Assembly (NCBI GenBank): GCA_965262725.1
Contig: OZ253555.1
Location: forward strand, 2,336,001-2,400,000
Direction of reading: 5' to 3'
Length of the DNA stretch: 64,000 bases
Origin: Dehalococcoidia bacterium
Lineage (GTDB): Bacteria; Chloroflexota; Dehalococcoidia; UBA2979
Both the position numbers and the translations under genes were made by a program. The notes under the pieces were generated by a model that saw nothing but the letters and a program-made list of their open reading frames with translations, ran no database searches and was not told the origin of the DNA. Shown here one piece after another: positions 1 through 8,398 of the stretch (positions within the stretch are counted from its first letter, which is position 1; every line of letters begins with the position of its first letter).

Positions 1-576
1 GAACGAGGCGGTGTCCGCGTCGGCGACGAGCGTGGCCGCGTCGGTCTTAAGCGCTACCGCGGCGTTGAAGATGCGCGCTCCGTCGACGTGCACGGTCGCG
101 CCGGTCGACCGCGCCCGTCCCGCCACCTCGCGGGTGTGGCTGAGGCTGACGGCCCGGCCACCCGAGCGGTTGTGGGTGTTCTCCAGACAGACCAGCGCGG
201 GGCCGGCTGCGAGCGCCGCTTCGAGCGCGTCCAGATCGAGCCGACCCCGCGTGTCGTTGGGGACCACGGAGAGGTGAATCCCCCCGAGCGCCGGCGCTCC
301 GAGTCCCTCGTGGTGGAGGATGTGCGACTCCGAGCCGACCACGGCCTGCCCCCCGCGGCCGCAGGCGAGAAGCAGGGCGATGAGGTTCGCCATCGTTCCG
401 CTCGGGACGTAGAGGGCGGCCTCCTTCCCGACGCAATCGGCAGCGGCGGCCTCCAGTGACTGGACCGTGGGGTCGTCGCCGAGGACGTCGTCGCCGACAC
501 GTGCCTCCGCCATGGCGCGGCGCATCTCGGGCGTGGGCTGGGTGACGGTATCGGAGCGCAGATCCATGACCCGCAC
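1..576 (-). CDS. ltaE: Low-specificity L-threonine aldolase (3' end runs off the window)
   Basis: Manual minus-strand translation gives [61 protein letters not shown], the hallmark LtaE motifs. GTG start at 576 with GGAGG upstream. Not in the ORF track because no stop lies in the window. Confidence 0.9.
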   Translation of the reverse strand, partial: MRVMDLRSDTVTQPTPEMRRAMAEARVGDDVLGDDPTVQSLEAAAADCVGKEAALYVPSGTMANLIALLLACGRGGQAVVGSESHILHHEGLGAPALGGIHLSVVPNDTRGRLDLDALEAALAAGPALVCLENTHNRSGGRAVSLSHTREVAGRARSTGATVHVDGARIFNAAVALKTDAATLVADADTASF

Positions 577-691
577 GGGCGACCCTCCGGGAGCATACGG
601 CGGCATCGCCGAGCGTAGCAGAGCCTCCCCACACGATCGCGCCCGCGCACGCCGACTCTCACCTCGCGGGCATGCGGCGGGTACGGAGCGG

Positions 692-1141
692 CTACGAGGA
701 GTCGGCGACCCGCTCCCAGAGCGTCTCGTAGCCCTCGCCGCCGCGGATCGCAGCGACAAGATCGATGCGCTCGGCGCGGAGTGCACTCTGGAAGGCGCGC
801 TCGCACTCCTCGGCCAGCTCGGGACCTCCCTCGGACACGAGCCGCTGCTCGATGTGCTCCCAGAGGCCCATGTCGCGCATGACCTGGATACGCCGAGGCC
901 ACTCGAAGACGGTGATCTGCTCGGGGAGCCCGAGCGTTGGTCGCTCGCGGCGGAGGTAGCGGTAGCGCTCCTCAGCGGAGTGGACGCGTGGAACCAGGCG
1001 GATAATCGGGCGATCTGTCGGGCCCGGCCGCGCATCGACGAGGAGCCGCTGGTCGATCAGGCCGAAGCGGACGATGAAGACGTCGGCCTCTCGGATGACA
1101 CCGACGATCGCGTCCAGATCGATGCCGAACTCGCGGTCCAT
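692..1141 (-). CDS. Hypothetical protein (~149 aa)
   Basis: Protein-like C-terminal part of ORF 692..1957 starting at ATG 1141 ([26 protein letters not shown]...); same strand as flanking genes. Confidence 0.75.
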   Translation of the reverse strand: MDREFGIDLDAIVGVIREADVFIVRFGLIDQRLLVDARPGPTDRPIIRLVPRVHSAEERYRYLRRERPTLGLPEQITVFEWPRRIQVMRDMGLWEHIEQRLVSEGGPELAEECERAFQSALRAERIDLVAAIRGGEGYETLWERVADSS

Positions 1142-1251
1142 CCGGCCCACCGTCCCGCGCCGATCCCCGGTGCCCGACTCCCGGAGAATCCTGCAAACGA
1201 TTGTAGGACCCGGCTCTCGGGCACCGCAACGGCGCCGGCCCGCCCCGGCGG

Positions 1252-2061
1252 CTACGCGGGCTCCACCGGGAGCTGGTAGGTGCGATCGAGGTACGGGATG
1301 CGGACGAGCCCGGTCATCTGCAGCCCGAGGGCGATCAGCACGACGCCGCCGATCCGCGTGAGGGTGTCGAGCGAGTCCTGCACGAGCGTCCCAACGAAGC
1401 CGAAGGAGGCCCCGACCACGGTGAAGACGGCCGTGAAGCCAAGCACGAAGGCCAGCGCGTGCCCGAGCACGCGCCGGCGGTCGATCCGCGCGCGGCCCGT
1501 GCCGAAGAGGGCCTCCCCGGCGAGGTTCGCGAGATAGGCCGGCACCAGCGGAAGCACGCAGGGGGAGAGGAAGGACACCATGCCCCCGAAGAAAGCGAAC
1601 ACAGGTCCCGCGACGCCGTCGACTCCGCCCGCGAGGTCGCGCTCGGCGCTCTCGGTCGAGCCGAGGAGGAAGCCGAACTTCTGGAAGTAGATGTTCAGCC
1701 GGGCGAACTCGCCCAGCACCATCAGCGCCCCCACGGCGATGAAGAGCACGCCGGAGACGATCATGATCCTCCCCAGGTACGGGTAGAGCGCGCGGATGCG
1801 CGGAGCGATCCAGCCGAAGAGGAGTCCGAAGGCGAGGAACCACACGCCCAGCCCGAGCGAGTAGCAGGCGAGCAGCAGCGCCCCCTGTGCGGCGGTGCCG
1901 CTGGTCGCCGCGAGCGTGAGTACGACGCCCAGGATCGGTCCGATGCAGGGCGACCACGCCACGGCGAAGGCGGAACCGATCAGGACGGAGCGCCGGTAGC
2001 CCGTGGTCGGCCCCGGCGGCGGCGCGGCCGGGGCCGATTCGACCGACAGATCGGTGCTCAC
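1252..2061 (-). CDS. ccdA: CcdA/DsbD-TM family thiol:disulfide transporter, circularly permuted
   Basis: Has both Cys motifs, [11 protein letters not shown] and [15 protein letters not shown], plus multiple TM helices. The motif order is reversed relative to canonical CcdA. Confidence 0.85.
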   Translation of the reverse strand: MSTDLSVESAPAAPPPGPTTGYRRSVLIGSAFAVAWSPCIGPILGVVLTLAATSGTAAQGALLLACYSLGLGVWFLAFGLLFGWIAPRIRALYPYLGRIMIVSGVLFIAVGALMVLGEFARLNIYFQKFGFLLGSTESAERDLAGGVDGVAGPVFAFFGGMVSFLSPCVLPLVPAYLANLAGEALFGTGRARIDRRRVLGHALAFVLGFTAVFTVVGASFGFVGTLVQDSLDTLTRIGGVVLIALGLQMTGLVRIPYLDRTYQLPVEPA

Positions 2062-2085
2062 TCGCCCCTCCGTCCGCGCCGGGCG

Positions 2086-2292
2086 CTACTCGCCCAGACC
2101 GAGCAGGCGGCGGCGCGCCCGCTCGTAACGATCCTTGGCGCGCGCCTCGCGGTTCAGCAGACCCTTCAACTGGTCGGGAGCCCGCCTCTCACCGTCCAGG
2201 AGAACGGCGTGGAGCCGCGTGAGCTGCGCCTGCCAGTCCTCGTAGGCGGCACGGTAGGACGCCCTGGGATCGCCGCTCGCCTCGTCCGCCAT
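2086..2292 (-). CDS. Small hypothetical protein (68 aa, helical)
   Basis: Compact ORF with natural composition immediately upstream of ccdA on the same strand. Confidence 0.65.
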   Translation of the reverse strand: MADEASGDPRASYRAAYEDWQAQLTRLHAVLLDGERRAPDQLKGLLNREARAKDRYERARRRLLGLGE

Positions 2293-2482
2293 CCATCGAT
2301 CCTAGCGCCTCCCGCCCCTGCAGGCGCGCCCGCCGTCGCACGCGGACTGCGGTCGGCGTAGCCTTGCCCGGTGCTCGCCACGCGGGATACCGCGGGGCCG
2401 GCGCACCTCGGGGCGGCTCTCCCGGGCCCATGCCGGCGCGCCGGCGCCGAACCGGCCGCGGGTAAGGGGAACGGAGTGCACG

Positions 2483-3436
2483 ATGAAATACCGGAAGCTT
2501 GGACGGTCGGGGCTCGACGTCTCGGTGATCGGGCTCGGCGGGAACACTTTCGGGCGCCGCTGCGACGCTGTGCAGACGGCGAGCATCCTCGACGCGGCCC
2601 TCGACGCGGGGATACAGACCGTCGACACCGCCGACATCTACGGCGGCGGCGGCACCTCCGAGGAGTACATCGGCCGCGCGCTCGGTGGGGGCAAGCGCGA
2701 TCGCTGGGTCGTGATGACCAAGTTCGGCGGGCGCACACAGGACGGCCCGAACGGATCCGGCTCCTCGCGTCGCTACATCCGCCAGCAGGTCACCGCGTCG
2801 CTTCAGCGGCTGGACACCGACTACATCGACGTCTACCAGGTGCACTTCGCCGACCGCCGCACGCCGCTCGGCGAGACGATGACCGTGCTCGACGAACTCG
2901 TCCGCGAGGGACTCGTCCGCTACATCGGCTGCTCCAACTACTCCTCGTGGCAGATAGCGGAATCACAGTGGCAGGCACGGAGTCGCGGCGGCGCGGAGTT
3001 CGTCTCCTCGCAGCCGCCCTACAGCCTGCTCAACCGCGACGTCGAGAGCGATCACATCCCGGCCTGCCTCCACTACGGGCTCGGGCTCATCCCCTACTCG
3101 CCGCTCGCCGGCGGGTTCCTGACCGGCAAGTACCGCCCCGGGGAGGAGCCGCCTGCCAACAGCCGCTACGGCGATCCCGCCGTCGCCCGCTTCGCGTCGC
3201 GCGTGCTGAACGAGAAGAACTTCCAGCAGCTCGCCGCACTCGACCGCTTCGCCTCCGAACGGGGCATCTCGCTCCCTGAGCTGGCGCTGGGATGGCTGGC
3301 CGCGCAGCCGGTCGTCTCCACGGTGATCGTCGGAGCGACCTCGCCCGAGCAGGTGCTCGAGAACGCGGCGAGCGCGGAGGTGACGCTCTCCGCCGAGGAC
3401 CTCTCCGCCCTCGACGAGATCACGAGCGGCGGCTAG
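2483..3436 (+). CDS. Aldo/keto reductase
   Basis: MKYRKLGRSGLDVSVIGLG, DTADIYG, SLQRLDTDYIDVYQVH, RYIGCSNY, PYSPLAGGFLTGKY motifs. Confidence 0.95.
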   Translation: MKYRKLGRSGLDVSVIGLGGNTFGRRCDAVQTASILDAALDAGIQTVDTADIYGGGGTSEEYIGRALGGGKRDRWVVMTKFGGRTQDGPNGSGSSRRYIRQQVTASLQRLDTDYIDVYQVHFADRRTPLGETMTVLDELVREGLVRYIGCSNYSSWQIAESQWQARSRGGAEFVSSQPPYSLLNRDVESDHIPACLHYGLGLIPYSPLAGGFLTGKYRPGEEPPANSRYGDPAVARFASRVLNEKNFQQLAALDRFASERGISLPELALGWLAAQPVVSTVIVGATSPEQVLENAASAEVTLSAEDLSALDEITSGG

Positions 3437-3467
3437 CCAGCACCGCTCGCGGAGAGGCGGGGACAAC

Positions 3468-4418
3468 GTGCGCATCGGGATCCAGCTCGAGTGCCAGGAG
3501 GCGATCGACTGGGAGACGGCGCGCCGCGTCGCCCGCGCCGCCGACGATCTCGGCTACGACTCTCTCTGGTGCTCCGATCACGTCTACTCGCAGCGCGCCG
3601 ACCCCGACCGCACGTCGGTCGACCCGTTCCTCCTGCTCGCCGTGCTGGCGGCCGAGACGACACGGATCGGGATCGGGACGCTCGTCACGGCCGTCTGCTT
3701 CCGGCCGCCGTCGATCGTGGGCCGCATGGCGGCGCACCTCGACGCCCTCTCGGGTGGGCGATTCACGCTCGGCATCGGTGCCGGCTGGGGCGAGGGCGAG
3801 CACCGCGCCTACGGCCTCCCGTTCCCCTCGCCCCGCGAGCGGCTCTCCCGGCTCGATGAGGCGGTGCGACTGCTGCGGGCCCTGTGGCAGGGCGGACCGG
3901 TCGATTTCGACGGGGAGCACTACCGCCTCGAGCAGGCCTATTGCCACCCGCGGCCCCTGCGCGGAGACGTGCCGCTGCTCGTCGGCGGCTCCGGCCGCCG
4001 CACGATGGGGATCGCGGCGCGCCACGCCGAGGAGTGGAACGTCGTCGCGCTCACCCTCGAGGCCTGGACCGAGCAGGACGCCGCCTTCCGCGAGCGCTGC
4101 GAGGAGGTAGGCCGCGACCCGCGCTCCGTCCGTCGCTCCCAGGTTTCGGGCGTGCTCATCGGCCGCGACGAGCGCGAGTTGCGCGCACACCTGGAGCGGA
4201 TCGCCGAGCGCATCCCGGCGCTCGCCGGGCGCGACCCCGAGCGCGCAGTGGGCTCGCTCAGGCGCCACGGCTGGCTCGTCGGTGCGCCCGGCGAGATCGT
4301 CGACGAGCTCGGCCGGCGCGCCGAGGCGGGGCAGGATCGCATGATGCTCGAGCACCACACCGGTGGGGACCTGCGCGCCCTGGAGTTGCTCGCAGCGGAG
4401 GTCCTGCCCGAGCTCTGA
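3468..4418 (+). CDS. LLM-class (probably F420-dependent) oxidoreductase
   Basis: GYDSLWCSDH, LDALSGGRFTLGIGAGW, PLLVGGSG motifs of luciferase-like monooxygenases. Confidence 0.9.
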   Translation: MRIGIQLECQEAIDWETARRVARAADDLGYDSLWCSDHVYSQRADPDRTSVDPFLLLAVLAAETTRIGIGTLVTAVCFRPPSIVGRMAAHLDALSGGRFTLGIGAGWGEGEHRAYGLPFPSPRERLSRLDEAVRLLRALWQGGPVDFDGEHYRLEQAYCHPRPLRGDVPLLVGGSGRRTMGIAARHAEEWNVVALTLEAWTEQDAAFRERCEEVGRDPRSVRRSQVSGVLIGRDERELRAHLERIAERIPALAGRDPERAVGSLRRHGWLVGAPGEIVDELGRRAEAGQDRMMLEHHTGGDLRALELLAAEVLPEL

Positions 4419-4448
4419 TCGCTCCGCCCCGCCGGTCGGGCGGCGGCG

Positions 4449-5492
4449 CTACCCTCCACCCGGAGCGCAGGCCTCCATCACCGATCGGACGGCGTCGAGG
4501 CCGGGACGCGAGGCCACGACCCGCACGAGCGCGACGTCGAGCCCCTGGGCCAGCCTCTCGACGTGCTCGCGGGCTCCGGCCGGCGCTCCGAAATAGCCCA
4601 CGCTCAGCAGCAGCTCGTCGGAGGCCGCGTCCGCGACCTCGTCGTCCGAGGCCCCACCGCTGCGCCGGTCGTCGAGCGCCGCCAGCTCGTCGGCGAATCC
4701 CATGCGCTCGAAGTGGGGACGGTACCCGAAGCGGCGATCGCGGGCGGCGGTTCGGGGCCCGAGCGCGTAGCCCAAGGTGGCCCGGCCCAGCGCCCGCCGC
4801 GCCGCGCCCACGTCCTCGTCGACGGAGACGCGGATGTACTCGACGAGCGGGACGCTGCCCGCGCGGCGGCCCGCCTTCGCCGCCCCGGCGTCGACGATGC
4901 GTCGCGCCGCCGCGACCTGCTCCGTCGAGCACCAGTTCAGGCAAATCCCGTCGGCGATCTCGCCGCCCAGCTCAAGCATCCGCGGACCCAGTGCTCCCAG
5001 ATAGACGGCCGTCCGGGGCGGGGGCTCGATCGCGAGCCGCTGGCCATGGACGGAGAGAGCCATGCCCTCACGTTCAACCGTCTCGCCGGCAAGCAGCGCT
5101 CGGGTAGTCGCCAGGTAGTCGCGCATGATCTCAAGCGTCGAGCCGGTTCGAAAGCCCATCGCCCGCCGGAACTCCGGACGGTAGAGCCCGCCGCTCCCGA
5201 TCCCGAGCACGAAGCGGCCGCCGGTGTGGGCCCCGAGCGTCCCGGCGCTCATCGCGAACGCCATCGGCGTCCGGTACGCGACCGGCGATACCGCGATGCC
5301 GGTCGCAAGACCCCCCGGAGTCACCTCGGCGCTCGCGCGCCAGCGCATCGCGCACAGCTGGAAGGAGTCGATGCCGGCCCCCTCGGGGGTCCAGATCTCG
5401 GCATAGCCGAGCTCCGCGGCCTCGCGTGCCAGGACCGCCTGATCGTCGAAGTCGAGGCCGAGCGTGAAGTCGAGTCCGAGCCCGACCCGCAC
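4449..5492 (-). CDS. LLM-class flavin-dependent oxidoreductase
   Basis: GGRFVLGIGSGG, VYLGALGPRMLELGGEIADG motifs. Start set at GTG 5492, just after the peptidase stop. Confidence 0.88.
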   Translation of the reverse strand: MRVGLGLDFTLGLDFDDQAVLAREAAELGYAEIWTPEGAGIDSFQLCAMRWRASAEVTPGGLATGIAVSPVAYRTPMAFAMSAGTLGAHTGGRFVLGIGSGGLYRPEFRRAMGFRTGSTLEIMRDYLATTRALLAGETVEREGMALSVHGQRLAIEPPPRTAVYLGALGPRMLELGGEIADGICLNWCSTEQVAAARRIVDAGAAKAGRRAGSVPLVEYIRVSVDEDVGAARRALGRATLGYALGPRTAARDRRFGYRPHFERMGFADELAALDDRRSGGASDDEVADAASDELLLSVGYFGAPAGAREHVERLAQGLDVALVRVVASRPGLDAVRSVMEACAPGGG

Positions 5493-5496
5493 CGCC

Positions 5497-6831
5497 CTAG
5501 CTCGTCGCCAGGAGGCGCAGGGCGGTCGCCTCCGCAAGGATCGCCCGCTTCAGCTCCCCGAGATCCTGGCTCTCATCGGGCCCGTGGACGGCGCTTCCCG
5601 GATCCCCGACCCCGGTAAGGAGAATCTCGGCATGCGGGTGGGAGGCCGCGAGCCCGGCCACGAGCGGGATGGAGCCTCCGATGCCGACCTCGACCGCCGG
5701 CCGGCCCCAGGCCTCGGCAAGCCCTCGCCGGAAGGCGGCATACGCCGGCCCGGTCGCATCGAGGCGGAATGGGGCACCGCGCGCACCCTCCGTGACCACC
5801 ACCTCCACGCCCCACGGCGCGTTGGACTCCAGGTGCCTCCTGAGCGCCCGCATCGCCCTCCCGGGCTCGTCGCCCGGCGCGAGGCGGACGCTCACCTTCG
5901 CCGCCGCCGCTGGCACGAGCTGGTTGATGGCGCCCGCGGTGCGCGGGGCGTCCACCGCCAGCACGGAGACGGCCGGGCTCATCCAGAGACGCTGCGTCAC
6001 GCTGCCCGTCCCCAGCAGCTCGACGCCGGCGCCCACGCCGGCCTGGAGGCGGAGCTCCGCCTCCTCCACATCCATCGACGGCGCCGGGCCCGTGATCAGC
6101 CCCTCCACCGCGGGAGAGCCGTCTCCGTGGTGCAGCGTCGCGAGCAGGCGCGCCAGGGCCGTGAGTGCGTCGGGCACGGGTCCGCCGAAGAGTCCGCTGT
6201 GGACCCCGGCCGCGAGCACCCGCACCTCGACCAGGCAGTCGACGATGCCCCGCAGCGAGGTGGTGAGGGCCGGCTCGCCGACCCGCCAGTTCAGGGAATC
6301 GGCGACCACGACCACGTCGGCCTCGAGGCGGTCCCCGTATCTCTGGAGAAACGCCTCGAGGTGGGGCGAGCCGATCTCTTCCTCCCCCTCGACGAGAACC
6401 TTCAGGCTCACCGGGGGCCGGCGTCCGATGGCGCGGATCGCCCCGAGGTGCGTCGCGAGGCCCGCCTTGTCGTCCGATGCGCCACGCCCGTAGAGGCGGC
6501 CGGCGCGCTCCTCGGGGCTGAAGGGCGGGCTCGTCCATGAACCCTCGTCCCCCGGGGGCTGCACGTCGTAGTGGGCGTACAGCAGAACCACCGGGGCGTC
6601 GTCCGGCCCCGCAAGCTCTCCGAAGACGGCGGGCGGGGCGTCAGCGAACTCCCAGAGTTCGACGGTGTCGAGCCCGGCCTCGCCGAGGAGCACCGCCGTC
6701 AGCTCCGCGCCGTCACGCAGGGGGGCTTGATCGAACCCCGCGCCGCTCACCGAGGGAATCTGAACGAGCCGGGCGAGCGCCTCCTGGATCAGTCCGAAGT
6801 CGCGATCGACGGTGCGGGAGAGGTCGCTCAT
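5497..6831 (-). CDS. M20/M25/M40 family metallopeptidase (dipeptidase)
   Basis: LLYAHYDVQP, LYGRGASDDK, EGEEEIGS, HSGLFGG, HGPDES metal-binding motifs. ATG at 6831. Confidence 0.93.
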   Translation of the reverse strand: MSDLSRTVDRDFGLIQEALARLVQIPSVSGAGFDQAPLRDGAELTAVLLGEAGLDTVELWEFADAPPAVFGELAGPDDAPVVLLYAHYDVQPPGDEGSWTSPPFSPEERAGRLYGRGASDDKAGLATHLGAIRAIGRRPPVSLKVLVEGEEEIGSPHLEAFLQRYGDRLEADVVVVADSLNWRVGEPALTTSLRGIVDCLVEVRVLAAGVHSGLFGGPVPDALTALARLLATLHHGDGSPAVEGLITGPAPSMDVEEAELRLQAGVGAGVELLGTGSVTQRLWMSPAVSVLAVDAPRTAGAINQLVPAAAAKVSVRLAPGDEPGRAMRALRRHLESNAPWGVEVVVTEGARGAPFRLDATGPAYAAFRRGLAEAWGRPAVEVGIGGSIPLVAGLAASHPHAEILLTGVGDPGSAVHGPDESQDLGELKRAILAEATALRLLATS

Positions 6832-6952
6832 GGCATGGATTCTCGCAGCGTCGGCGACGCGGGCCCCACCGTCACGCGACCGCCCAAGGGTGGCCGGCCG
6901 CAACCGGAGCGGACGGGTCGACGCGGGCGCGTGGCCCGTCACCCGGCGATGC

Positions 6953-6999
6953 TGGTGCCCCCAGGGGGACTCGAACCCCCGTTTCCACCTTGAGAGGGT
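6953..6999 (-). tRNA. 3' half only of tRNA-Glu(CTC); probable att-site duplication, not a functional tRNA
   Basis: Reverse complement reads ACC-CTCTCAA-GGTGG-AAAC-GGGGG-TTCGAGT-CCCCC-TGGGGGC-ACCA: anticodon loop, T-arm, acceptor 3' strand and CCA. Upstream sequence has no D-arm or 5' acceptor strand. Confidence 0.85.
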
Positions 7000-7123
7000 A
7001 CCCAGGCCGGTCCCGGCCTGTCGCTTCTGGTCCCTTCGCGAGCCATTTCGTACCTAGCAATAAGAGATTATGACAAGTTATGTCATCGTTCGTGACCCCC
7101 CGTCCCATGCCGTACCACCGAAC

Positions 7124-7148
7124 ATGTCCCCAAGATGTCCCCAAGATG
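7124..7148. repeat. Tandem 11-bp direct repeat ATGTCCCCAAG x2; candidate integrase arm-type site
   Basis: ATGTCCCCAAG at 7124-7134 and 7135-7145, about 125 bp inside the att core. An inverted repeat ATGACA-N5-TGTCAT lies at 7070-7086. Confidence 0.5.
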
Positions 7149-7459
7149 GACGACGCGGGCGCCGGTGAGATCTGGATGATCACCCGCTCTGTCCTGGTGC
7201 GCGATGCCGAGGGCGTTGTCCTCATCATCACCACCGACCTGCCCGTGGTCTCGCGAACGGGGTTCGGTCAGTACGCATACGCACGGACGCGCAGGTGTGC
7301 GCACCGGCGAAGGGGACCATGAGCGACGCGAGAGCCCGGGATCACGTGGCGAGGTCACCATCTGCCACTGGACGGCGATCGGCATGAATGTTCAGCTGTG
7401 CGCAACGATGGGTTGTCCATCGAGAAGCTGCGCCCCCAGCGGCGGTTATTGCGCGCCAA

Positions 7460-7684
7460 CTGCTGCACACCCGACGCTACCGACCGCAGACGAACGGCAA
7501 GGCCGAGCGCTTCATCCAGATCCTGCAGAACGAGTGGGCCTACGCCCGCCCATACCGCTCCAACGCGGAACGGATCCACGAACTCCCGCGCTGGCTCTAC
7601 CGCTACGATCACCGCCGACCGCACGGCGGCGTCGGCGGGGCTGTCCCCGCCTTACGCCTGTACACAACGCCCCTGGGAACTACA
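7460..7684 (+). mobile_element. IS481-family transposase C-terminal remnant with right end
   Basis: YRPQTNGKAERFIQILQNEWAYARPY..YDHRRPHGG is a typical IS481 C-terminus. Ends in ...GGGAACTACA (IS481 ends in ACA). Confidence 0.8.
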
Positions 7685-7685
7685 G

Positions 7686-8225
7686 CTAGCCGCGCTGGAT
7701 GACGCCGCAGGCGACGCGGTCGCCGGCCCCGGCGGCCTCGCCGTAGCTATCGGGGTTGGCGTGGACGATGATCGCGGATCCGTCGTCGTCGAACAGGGAG
7801 TGGTCGGCGCCCTCGTCCAGGGTGACGGCATCGCTGAAGTAGTCGGCGCGGGCGGCGCCGTCGGCGCCGCCGTGGATGTTCGGCAGGTCGCCGGCGTGCG
7901 CGCCGTCCTCGTGCAGGAAGCCGTGGCCAGAGCTGCCGGGGTTGAAGTGGTCGCCGGCCGCCGCGAAGTCCGGGGTGCAGGCGCCGACGGCGTGGATGTG
8001 GAAGCCGTGCGCGCCGGGCGAGAGCCCGCTCACGTCAGCCGAGACCAGCACGCCGTGGGGGGCCTGCGTGAGCGTCACCGTGCCCATCGATGCGCCGTCT
8101 GGTCCGGTCAGGGTCGCCGAGGCGGTCGCGCCTATGCCTTCCGGCGCCGCATCGCCGCCGCAAGCCGCCAGCGCCAGTGCCGCAAACAGTGCCGCTGCAG
8201 CGAGGGATGCCAGGCGCAACTTCAT
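7686..8225 (-). CDS. sodC: Cu/Zn superoxide dismutase, lipoprotein
   Basis: Lipobox LAAC; HGFHIH, GDHFNP, HAGDLPNI, IIVH, GDRVACGVI motifs. Confidence 0.93.
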   Translation of the reverse strand: MKLRLASLAAAALFAALALAACGGDAAPEGIGATASATLTGPDGASMGTVTLTQAPHGVLVSADVSGLSPGAHGFHIHAVGACTPDFAAAGDHFNPGSSGHGFLHEDGAHAGDLPNIHGGADGAARADYFSDAVTLDEGADHSLFDDDGSAIIVHANPDSYGEAAGAGDRVACGVIQRG

Positions 8226-8324
8226 GATCGGAAACCCCCATCCGCACGCGAACTATCGCGGCGATCCTCGGCTGGGGGCGGCCTACCAGCAAACGCCGGC
8301 ACACCCACCCTCCAGATGTCGACG

Positions 8325-8345
8325 GCCCCGGGCGAACCCCGGGGC
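8325..8345 (-). terminator. GC hairpin downstream of giant protein 1; possible terminator without U-tract
   Basis: GCCCCGGG-cgaac-CCCGGGGC about 55 bp after the stop at 8399. Confidence 0.35.
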
Positions 8346-8398
8346 GGTCGACAGTGACAGTGCGCCGCTGCAGCGGGAGGACAGCCGCCCGGGCGGAG

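Noticed and set aside
6953-7030. Complete tRNA gene
   Set aside because: No D-arm or 5' acceptor strand, and the anticodon stem pairs only partly; treated as an att fragment.
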